Sequence record: NC_073314.1
From: Escherichia virus fEg-Eco19
Direction: 5' to 3' (one strand)
DNA length: 45,805 nt
Shown here: piece after piece, positions 26,331 to 34,494 of the stretch
Numbering within the stretch: position 1 is the first letter of the stretch
How the letters are laid out: each line of letters begins with the position of its first letter
Position numbers and translations under genes: made by a program
Notes under the pieces: model-generated
The model's input: only the letters and a program-made list of their open reading frames with translations
Databases searched by the model: none
Told to the model about the DNA's origin: nothing

Positions 26331-28876
26331 TCCTGCACTACACGCGAAACGCTGATGGAGCTTTCGACCGTACAAAACACGTCGGGATGCCGATGGAGTT
26401 TGTCGTTAACCGTATCCCGGACGGCGTGCCGGTGCGCGTCTACCTGGGCGAGATTGGCGATGATACTGATGTCACCGACGACTTCGACGCGCTTAAAGAT
26501 GAAGACGCTGTGTACCACATTATTGAGGGTGCGGGTAGCGGGGCGCTCGGTGCGGTTAGTAAGGTGTTTGGTTTTATCCTTAAGCCAATCGCTAAGTTGT
26601 TTGGGTTGAACATGTCCGCAAACGCCAACTACACGGCGACTAACAACCAGACAACATCGCCTAATAACAGTCTCACAGACCGCTCCAACAAGCCGCGCCC
26701 CTATGAGCGCTCTTATGACATCTGCGGGACTGTGCAGACAATCCCTAACGACCTGATGCAGACGTATAAGGCGTTCAACTCCACGGGTGCTTTGCTGGAG
26801 TATTCGTACTATGATGCCGGGCGCGGGCATCTGCATATCGAGTCTGATGGCGTCACGGAAGGCGATACCCTGATAAGCGACATCACCGGTTCCTCTGTTG
26901 CTGTATATGCACCGTACACGTCACCGAACAACACCGCATCGCCGCAACTACAAATCGGCGACGTCATTGACCAGAAACTCTATGTGACATACTCCAACGA
27001 CGACGTTGACGGTATTGTACTGAAAGCGCCAAACGACATCGGGGCTAACCCAAGCGCCGACGGCACAGCCAAACGTATTTCAAACACCGGCTACATTTAT
27101 GACCCGTCCGGCGACTCTGCTTTTTCTGAGTTTCTTAGCGTCGGTGATGTCGCGGTGTTGAGCAACTTTGACGTTGCTGATGTCACTAACCTGAACGGCT
27201 CGTTTGAGGTTTTATACGTTGACGACTTCGAAGTAAGATTAGCCGTAAACGGGGCGTCTAACTGGGCCGCGTTGACTAGCGGGCAGACGTACACGCTAAC
27301 AGAGCGTTCAGATACGTTTATCGGCCCCAGCAACACCTATGACGTATCCCTGACCGACTGGTATTACATGGTGCGCGGGGAAGTTGACCGTGTGCTTGCT
27401 AACGTTGCAGGGCAAAACGGCCTCTACAAATATGACGGCGGCTATAATCGCACCAGCGTAACGGTAGAACTCCAGTACCAGATGATTGACTCTCAGCGTA
27501 ACCCGTTGAGCGACATTTACACGGTACGGGCTACGATTACTGGTAATAGCACGGATTACGTCGGTACGTCTATCTACGGGCAGTTGCCTACTGCATCGCG
27601 TTTCCGCGCCCGTATGCGCCGTGTAACGAATTTCGACAAGGACTACGACGGAACGGTAAGCGACGAGATAACCTTCATTAACCTGTACGGGCAGTCTCTG
27701 GACACAACCCCGCACTACGGCAACCGAACTACCGTACATTGTGCCCGTAAACAGACACCGCGTGCAGCCAGTATCGACAACCCGGAACTGCGCATGATCG
27801 CGACAGAGATGTGCTACAAATACTTAGGCAATGGGGTATTCGATACAGTAATGACCCCAAATACTCAAGCGGTGCAGTCGCTAATCAGACTGGCTCGCGA
27901 CCCGGTGGTGGGTAATCTGGAACTGACGACGGCAAACATGGATAAGTTGCTTGCCGTGCAAGAAGAAATTGAGTCCTATTTTGGCAGCGAATTAGCGGGA
28001 CAATTCTGCTACACGTTCGACGACTACGACACCACGATGCAGGACATCGTTCAGACTATAGCCGAAGCCGTGTTTTGTACTGCGTACCGTAAAGGTGCAG
28101 ACATTATGCTGCGTTTCGACCGCCCGGTTGCAGGGCCCGAGATGGTGTTCACTCACCGCAGCAAAACTACTGGTACAGAGAAATGGACCCGCACGTTTAA
28201 TGATTCTACGACCTACGATAGCCTGTCGTTCTCGTACATTGACCCGGATACTAACGTACAGGAATCTATTTATATCCCGGAAGAACTCGGCGCAAACACG
28301 GAGGAGTACGAATCGAAAGGCGTGCGTAACTATCAGCAGGCGTACTGGCTGGCGCGGCGTCGCTATCAGCGCAATGCGTTAAGTAAAGTTGTCGTAGAGT
28401 TCGAAGCTACCGAAGAGGGGGCACTCGCTACACCGGGCGGCGTAATCAGTGTCGTTAAAGGCTCGCGTATCGCGCCGCAGGATGGCTATGTTGTTGCCGT
28501 TAATGGGCTTACGCTGACACTGTCACAGCCGGTTACGTTTACCCCCGGCGATGACCACTCCATCATCCTCAAGAAGCGCGATGGCTCCGTGCAGAGTATT
28601 TCTGTTATCAAAGGAAACCACGACCGCGAAGTGATTATGCTCTCCGCGCCGGAGGAAGCAATATACACGGGGAATAGCGCACTAAAAACTGAGTTTTCAT
28701 TCGGCAACGAAGCAAGGCATAATGCACAGAAGATAGTTGTTTCTTCAATCGACCCGGGCGACGACCGCACGGTCAAGATTACAGGCTACAACTATGACGA
28801 CGGATTCTATAAATACGACGGCGTCGCTCCATACGGTAGCGGTTTCTCCGACGGATTCAGCAATGGTTTTAATTAA
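26321..28876 (+). CDS. tail tip / central tail fiber protein (J-like by position)
   Basis: 851-aa ORF following the minor tail genes. Confidence 0.45.
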   Translation: MAIILHYTRNADGAFDRTKHVGMPMEFVVNRIPDGVPVRVYLGEIGDDTDVTDDFDALKDEDAVYHIIEGAGSGALGAVSKVFGFILKPIAKLFGLNMSANANYTATNNQTTSPNNSLTDRSNKPRPYERSYDICGTVQTIPNDLMQTYKAFNSTGALLEYSYYDAGRGHLHIESDGVTEGDTLISDITGSSVAVYAPYTSPNNTASPQLQIGDVIDQKLYVTYSNDDVDGIVLKAPNDIGANPSADGTAKRISNTGYIYDPSGDSAFSEFLSVGDVAVLSNFDVADVTNLNGSFEVLYVDDFEVRLAVNGASNWAALTSGQTYTLTERSDTFIGPSNTYDVSLTDWYYMVRGEVDRVLANVAGQNGLYKYDGGYNRTSVTVELQYQMIDSQRNPLSDIYTVRATITGNSTDYVGTSIYGQLPTASRFRARMRRVTNFDKDYDGTVSDEITFINLYGQSLDTTPHYGNRTTVHCARKQTPRAASIDNPELRMIATEMCYKYLGNGVFDTVMTPNTQAVQSLIRLARDPVVGNLELTTANMDKLLAVQEEIESYFGSELAGQFCYTFDDYDTTMQDIVQTIAEAVFCTAYRKGADIMLRFDRPVAGPEMVFTHRSKTTGTEKWTRTFNDSTTYDSLSFSYIDPDTNVQESIYIPEELGANTEEYESKGVRNYQQAYWLARRRYQRNALSKVVVEFEATEEGALATPGGVISVVKGSRIAPQDGYVVAVNGLTLTLSQPVTFTPGDDHSIILKKRDGSVQSISVIKGNHDREVIMLSAPEEAIYTGNSALKTEFSFGNEARHNAQKIVVSSIDPGDDRTVKITGYNYDDGFYKYDGVAPYGSGFSDGFSNGFN

Positions 28877-28888
28877 AGAGGACTCTAT

Positions 28889-31225
28889 ATGTCAAGCGGA
28901 TGCGGTGACGTTTTAAGCCTGGCGGATTTACAGACCGCCAAGAAACACCAGATTTTCGAAGCCGAGGTTATCACCGGCAAATCCGGCGGTGTTGCAGGTG
29001 GCGCCGATATTGATTACGCGACAAATGCCGTTACAGGGCAGACCCAAAAGACGTTACCAGCCGTGTTGCGTGACGCTGGTTTTTCTCCGGTGTCATGGGA
29101 CTTTTCCACTGGTGGTACGTTAACCGCTAATGACCGCGACAAAGTGGTGTATGACCCTGTAAGCAAGACGTGGTACTCGTATACCGGGACTCTGCCGGTT
29201 GTTGTCCCCGCATCGTTTAACCCGGTTGGTAACGCTAACTGGAAGCCGCAGACTGACCCGGATTTGCGCAATGATTTATCCAGCACAGACAATGCGACAT
29301 TAGGTGATGCCATGGTCGGCGTCCGACAACCATTTACCGACGCTGTCGGCAGGACGCAACACGATAAAAATAGAGAAGTAGTTTCCGTTCTGGACTTCTA
29401 TTTAGGTACTGACCCTGATTACACAAACGCCCTTAACCGAGCGCTTACAGCTAGTAACGGGGTGCTTGTACCGCAAGGGGAGTATAGTACGTCGCTACTC
29501 TCCCACCCGACATGCTCTCTATTCGGAACAGGGGGTGGGGTTTTAAAACAATCAAACGATTCTGGAAACCACTTAATCTTTGATAAACCTGCAGGAGGGC
29601 TACTTAGCACCCTGAGTATTGTAGGAAATAAGGCAACGGACTTCACACAAGGTCAGCAGGTTTCCTTCGCCGGTGGGCAGGACGTTACTATTAAAGGTAT
29701 TGATTTTAAAAATGCAAAGGGAACTGGATTTAGTTTAATAGCATACCCTAGTGATGAGGGTCCGTCTGGATACATTGTAAGCGGCATACGGGGCGACTAC
29801 TCCGGGTATGCTACAAATAAAACAGCGGGGTGCGTGCTGTTTGAGTCCGCAAGTAATACTATAATCAACGATGTTATCGCCCGAAACTACCCCAAATTCG
29901 GGGCGGTTGAGTTGAAAACAGATGCTAAATGTAATGTTGTTAGTGGCGTCATTGGGCAAAGCTGTCAGCACGTTGTTTATAATGGCACCGGGACGACCAA
30001 TGCCCCTAGCAGTAATATTATCAGTAATGTTGTTGCTAATAACGCTAAGTATGCCGCTGTGGTCGCCGGCAAGGGTTCAGGTAATCTGGTGACAAATGTT
30101 GTAGCTGATTACTCCTCCTCCGAGGCCACGCAAGCACACGGCGTTACATTACAAGGCAACTATAATGCCGCTGATAATATTCTAATGGTTGGGTGCAGCG
30201 GAACTAATAGTTTAGGGCAAACGCAAACCGCGACTTCTATTAGGTTTTTAGACAGAGCTAGTAATAACTACGCATCGGTTTTCCCTATGTATAGTGCTTC
30301 CGGGGTTGTTACACTAGAGACAGGGACTACCCGTAACTTTGTGGAAGTAAAGCACCCTGGACCCAAGAACAGTCTTCTTAGTTCACTATCTACTATAACC
30401 GGGGTCTCTAGCATTGATGGTACTACCACCAGTAACGTGGTACACGCCCCCGCTATAGGACAATACATAGGGTCCATGTCCGGTAGGTTTGAGTGGTTCA
30501 CTAAGTATATAGATACTTCTGCATTGCCTTTTGTGACAGCTGATAAATTCAGACTAATTTCCGATGGGGCTACATCTTTGGCTATTGGCGGAGGTACGAC
30601 CTCTCAGATAAAATTACTCACATCTGATGGTACTTCTCGAACTATTTCTCTGGTTAATGGTAATTTACGCTTAGCCTCTGACGCATCGGCGTATATTCAA
30701 ATAGCCCCGACGGCTATTACACCATCCAGTGCAAACACCGTCGCTATCGGGTCGGCAAGTCGCGCTTTGTCCGGCGGATTCACTCAAACAGCGTTTACGG
30801 TTACGTCTGACGAGAGAGCCAAGACACTACCCCTGGAATTAACTGACGCTATGTTAGACGCTTGGGCTGAAGTTAATTTAGTTCAATATAAGTACCTGGA
30901 TAGGGTTGCAGAGAAGGGGGAGGATGCAGCTAGGTGGCACTTTGGAGTAGTAGCCCAACGAGCAATTGAGGCGTTTACCCGGCACGGGTTGGACGCGACT
31001 AAGTACGGTTTCCTGTGCTACGATAAGTGGGAAGCGTCTCCGGAAATTATTGATGAGGAATCTGGGGAAGTATTAACAAAAGCTACGGCGGCAGGGGAGC
31101 GGTATGGTATTCGTTATGATGAGGTATTGATATTAGAGGCTGCGTTACAGCGACGTAAAGCAGCTCAGTTAGAGAAAAGGATTATAGCGCTTGAGACATT
31201 AGTGGCTACCCTGACAAACAGTTAA
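28889..31225 (+). CDS. tailspike/tail fibre with beta-helix core and C-terminal intramolecular chaperone (S74-like) domain
   Basis: Central repeats (NIISNVVANNAKYAAVVAGKGSGNLVTNVVAD) typical of right-handed beta-helix; C-terminus ERAKTLP...WHFGVVAQ...ILEAALQRRKAAQLEKRIIALE resembles the autocleaving chaperone domain of endosialidase-type spikes. Confidence 0.65.
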   Translation: MSSGCGDVLSLADLQTAKKHQIFEAEVITGKSGGVAGGADIDYATNAVTGQTQKTLPAVLRDAGFSPVSWDFSTGGTLTANDRDKVVYDPVSKTWYSYTGTLPVVVPASFNPVGNANWKPQTDPDLRNDLSSTDNATLGDAMVGVRQPFTDAVGRTQHDKNREVVSVLDFYLGTDPDYTNALNRALTASNGVLVPQGEYSTSLLSHPTCSLFGTGGGVLKQSNDSGNHLIFDKPAGGLLSTLSIVGNKATDFTQGQQVSFAGGQDVTIKGIDFKNAKGTGFSLIAYPSDEGPSGYIVSGIRGDYSGYATNKTAGCVLFESASNTIINDVIARNYPKFGAVELKTDAKCNVVSGVIGQSCQHVVYNGTGTTNAPSSNIISNVVANNAKYAAVVAGKGSGNLVTNVVADYSSSEATQAHGVTLQGNYNAADNILMVGCSGTNSLGQTQTATSIRFLDRASNNYASVFPMYSASGVVTLETGTTRNFVEVKHPGPKNSLLSSLSTITGVSSIDGTTTSNVVHAPAIGQYIGSMSGRFEWFTKYIDTSALPFVTADKFRLISDGATSLAIGGGTTSQIKLLTSDGTSRTISLVNGNLRLASDASAYIQIAPTAITPSSANTVAIGSASRALSGGFTQTAFTVTSDERAKTLPLELTDAMLDAWAEVNLVQYKYLDRVAEKGEDAARWHFGVVAQRAIEAFTRHGLDATKYGFLCYDKWEASPEIIDEESGEVLTKATAAGERYGIRYDEVLILEAALQRRKAAQLEKRIIALETLVATLTNS

Positions 31226-31231
31226 ATAAAC

Positions 31232-31258
31232 AAGGCCCCAAACGGGGCCTTTTCTCTA
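31232..31258 (+). terminator. rho-independent terminator
   Basis: AAGGCCCC-aaac-GGGGCCTT followed by TTCTC. Confidence 0.55.
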
Positions 31259-31389
31259 CTCTTCTGATAGCTTCTCCAGAACAAACGCCAGTTGCGCATT
31301 AGCTGCGTCTCTTTGCTGCCGTAGTCGTAGAACCTCTTCTTCAAGTTCCTTGATACGTTTTTGCAATGCTGGAATCGGGGCTATGATGT

Positions 31390-31875
31390 TCACGTCGTTT
31401 CTCCGTGGTTTTCATGAAATCCGTAAGCAGCCTCCGCGGCTTTACGCGCGGCAACAGCTTCGTCAAAATTATCAAACTGTCCTAGATGTATTTTTCTTCT
31501 GTCGACTTTTATCTCTGCCACCCATTTGTTTCTTCTCTTTTCCCGCCATACACCAAGAGCGCCGCTAGTATTGTTTACCCCTATTGATGCGTTGCGGCTA
31601 TTTTCGGTGTTGGTAACTTTCCGTAGGTTGCGTATTCGGTTATCAGTTCGTATATGATTAATGTGGTCTATCTGTTCCTGTGGCGTAAGTTGGTTATCTG
31701 GATTGCAGATATTCCATGCTAACCGGTGTGCTAGTTCTAGTTTTCCGTTTACTCGGATACGAATGTACCCATCCCGTGGACAAAAGCATCCCGCTTTCTT
31801 TCCAATAAAACCCCTACGTTTTGTTTCAGCCCATGTGAAAATACCGGTTTCAGGGTCGTATGATACCTTGCTCAT
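31390..31875 (-). CDS. HNH homing endonuclease with AP2-like domain
   Basis: AHRLAWNICNPDN...IDHINHIRTDNRIRNLRKVTNTENSRN, then GALGVWRE...AAYGFHENHG. Confidence 0.75.
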   Translation of the reverse strand: MSKVSYDPETGIFTWAETKRRGFIGKKAGCFCPRDGYIRIRVNGKLELAHRLAWNICNPDNQLTPQEQIDHINHIRTDNRIRNLRKVTNTENSRNASIGVNNTSGALGVWREKRRNKWVAEIKVDRRKIHLGQFDNFDEAVAARKAAEAAYGFHENHGETT

Positions 31876-33296
31876 TTCTTACTCCTACGTTTCATATACT
31901 CAAGGAGGATATCCTGCACCTGTTTTTTCTCGTCTGTGCGTGAAGTGACAACAGAATCCAACGTATCTTTAGCAATAATCTTGTAGATAAAAACAGGGCG
32001 ATTATACCCCGATTGCTTTTGCCGTACTGGCCCTATGCGCTCTACAACCTGTAAATAGTGTTCGAGGTTCCACCCCTGACTGAAAAATGCCATATGATGG
32101 CCGCCGTCTTGTAGCGATATGCCGTGCCCGGCTGACGCGGGGTGCACGCATAAGATTTCGATTTCACCGCGGTTCCACGCTTCCATCTGCTTATTGCCCT
32201 TCGCACCTTTGGCGAACGCCTGTGCCTGAGGGAATCGCTTAAGGATACGCTCAAGTTCGTGCTTAAACTGATAAGCTACCAGTAACGGTGCACCCTGTAG
32301 CTCCTCCACAATCGACTCTAGCGCATCCAGTTTCGTGTCGTGCACTTTCTCCCATTCTTTGGTTGCTTCACCGTCCGGCCCTGATACATACACAGCACCA
32401 GATGCAATCTGTAAACACTTCGACGTCTTTGCTGCCGCGTTAGCCGCTTCAACTTCTCCGCTCTCAAGTTCCGCGAATAACTTTTCCTCCATATCGATGT
32501 ACGCCTGGCGCGCCTTCTTCGGCAGGTCGATTTCAACAGGGACGATAACGGGCGCTTCGCAGCCAAACCACTCGGCAGCGTCAATCGTGAGACTGATGTC
32601 CTTCATCTTCTGGTGAATTTCATTATCCGCGCCAGGGCGCGCATGATACTCACGTGCCATAGCCGATTTGCCTTTCTGGACAGAGTTAAACCATCGGTCG
32701 GTGAATGCCGTGTATGAAGAACCGAGGCGCTCGCCAGCGTCGATAAACCAGTTCTGACCCCACAAGTCTTTGAGGCCGTTCGGTGACGGCGTTCCCGTCA
32801 GGTTGATGAAACGCTTAACCTTACCGAATGCCACTTTACTAAGCGCCTTTGCCCGCTTGCTGCCACCTGAACGGCTACGGAAAGATTTCAGTTTCGTGCT
32901 TTCATCGGCAACAATAACCGTAAAAGGCCAGTCGTCTTTGCCGTAATAGTCAATAAGCCACTCGATAACTTCGTAGTTTGTACAGACCACATTAGCGTCT
33001 GACTCCAGCGCCGCGATGCGGCGCTTCTCCGAACCAGTTGCATCTACGACGCGCAGACAAGGGAAGTTCCAACGTGCCTGTTCCGCGGGCCACGTACCGG
33101 ATGCAACACGTAAAGGAGCCAGAATTAATACCCGGTCGTAGTCCGTAAGTTGGCCGTTGCGGAACAGTCGGTTGAGAACCCACAACGTTGACCCCGACTT
33201 GCCGCTGCCCATCGAAGCCCAAATATTACAGCGAGGGTGCTGCAACATGAACGAAGTCATGAGCTTTTGGTACTCCCTGCGGGTAAATTTAGCCAT
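31872..33296 (-). CDS. SNF2-family (superfamily 2) helicase
   Basis: Walker A MGSGKSGS, motif II VIVADESTKLK, C-terminal QVVERIGPVRQ. Confidence 0.65.
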   Translation of the reverse strand: MAKFTRREYQKLMTSFMLQHPRCNIWASMGSGKSGSTLWVLNRLFRNGQLTDYDRVLILAPLRVASGTWPAEQARWNFPCLRVVDATGSEKRRIAALESDANVVCTNYEVIEWLIDYYGKDDWPFTVIVADESTKLKSFRSRSGGSKRAKALSKVAFGKVKRFINLTGTPSPNGLKDLWGQNWFIDAGERLGSSYTAFTDRWFNSVQKGKSAMAREYHARPGADNEIHQKMKDISLTIDAAEWFGCEAPVIVPVEIDLPKKARQAYIDMEEKLFAELESGEVEAANAAAKTSKCLQIASGAVYVSGPDGEATKEWEKVHDTKLDALESIVEELQGAPLLVAYQFKHELERILKRFPQAQAFAKGAKGNKQMEAWNRGEIEILCVHPASAGHGISLQDGGHHMAFFSQGWNLEHYLQVVERIGPVRQKQSGYNRPVFIYKIIAKDTLDSVVTSRTDEKKQVQDILLEYMKRRSKK

Positions 33297-33786
33297 TATT
33301 AACCCCGTGGTTGGTATGGAAACCGTATTCTATTTCTGCGGCTTTACGTACCGACAATGCCTCTTCGAACGTCTTAAATCTGCCTAGTTCCATAAGTATT
33401 GTTTTTACACGTATGCGCGCTCGCCAAATACCTTCTTTTATCAAAAATTCCACACCAGTTGCGCCGGTCTTATTACATGTGTACAAGCTCTTGTTCTGCA
33501 TGTTTTGTTGCGTTGTAACCTTACGTATGTTGTCCCCTCTGTTGTTAGTTTTGTCATGATCTATGTGGTCTATTTCATCGTCCGGCCCTAATAAATCATC
33601 AGGGTGTAACGTATCCCACGCTAAACGATGCGCCTGATACATCTTTCCGTCTATTTTTATCCTGACGTAGCCGTTACTTTTACTGCCGCCCGCTATGGAG
33701 CCAGCGGAACGACCTCGCGGGGCAACCACCCATGTGAAAATCCCGGTGTCTGGGTTATAGTCCAGTCTGCCGTCGAAGCATTTCAT
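33289..33786 (-). CDS. HNH homing endonuclease with AP2-like domain
   Basis: AHRLAWDTLHPDD...IDHIDHDKTNNRGDNIRKVTTQQN, then GATGVEF...AEIEYGFHTNHG. Confidence 0.75.
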   Translation of the reverse strand: MKCFDGRLDYNPDTGIFTWVVAPRGRSAGSIAGGSKSNGYVRIKIDGKMYQAHRLAWDTLHPDDLLGPDDEIDHIDHDKTNNRGDNIRKVTTQQNMQNKSLYTCNKTGATGVEFLIKEGIWRARIRVKTILMELGRFKTFEEALSVRKAAEIEYGFHTNHGVNNG

Positions 33787-33974
33787 TTTGCCACCAGAAC
33801 CAGCTCTTTACGCCCGAACGCCGTAACGTTACCCGTTACATCTTCAATAACCAGTTTACCGTTCGACTCGACGAACACCGTGTCAACGGCAACAGGACGA
33901 CGTGTTTTAACGTTGAAAATCATGTCGCCCGGTACGATGTCACGTGCTGGTTTGCGGTCATATTCGTGTTTCAT
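33783..33974 (-). CDS. small hypothetical protein
   Basis: 63-aa ORF ~25 nt downstream of promoter at ~34008-34036. Confidence 0.4.
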   Translation of the reverse strand: MKHEYDRKPARDIVPGDMIFNVKTRRPVAVDTVFVESNGKLVIEDVTGNVTAFGRKELVLVAK

Positions 33975-34004
33975 TTCTCAATTCCTTATATTGTTGGTGT
34001 GTGA

Positions 34005-34292
34005 TTAACTATAATAGTTCGCTATTAGGTCGTCAACCTGTTTAAACGAACCGACGACAAAAACATTAGCACCACGCTTACGCATCCGCTCGTGTTCCCG
34101 TAACTGGTGTGGGTCTGGCTTCGTGTTTTCGTCTTTCTTAACCTCGACAAACCAGACGATGCCGCCAGGGAGAATTACCAGCAGGTCGGGGGCGCCTACT
34201 CTATTTTCGTACGACAATTTGCGTACGAGGCCCCCCAGGGCCTCGAATCGCTCTTTTGCGTATTTCTGGATGCGCCCCTCAGGCGTACTCAT
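34005..34292 (-). CDS. VRR-NUC domain nuclease
   Basis: GAPDLLVILPGGIVWFVEVKK...HQLREHERMRKRGANVFVV matches the PD-(D/E)XK core of VRR-NUC proteins. Confidence 0.6.
   Translation of the reverse strand: MSTPEGRIQKYAKERFEALGGLVRKLSYENRVGAPDLLVILPGGIVWFVEVKKDENTKPDPHQLREHERMRKRGANVFVVGSFKQVDDLIANYYS
34008..34036 (-). promoter_or_regulatory. sigma70 promoter TTGACG-N17-TATAGT with AATAG-N4-CTATT palindrome in spacer
   Basis: Reverse complement reads TTGACGacctaatagcgaactatTATAGT. Confidence 0.45.
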
Positions 34293-34494
34293 CTATGCAC
34301 CCCTCCCGTTTGGTATGCTCAATCCCACAGCGCGGACAGATTCGGCAGTCTTCTTCATAAAACCAGTAAATTTTCATTCCAGCACCCACAGATAAATTGC
34401 GATGAACATGCCTAATACGGCGACAATCATGCCATATTGGCCCTCGTAACAGTAGACACCGGCGGCAAACCCAGCCAGTACCGCGATAATCAGT

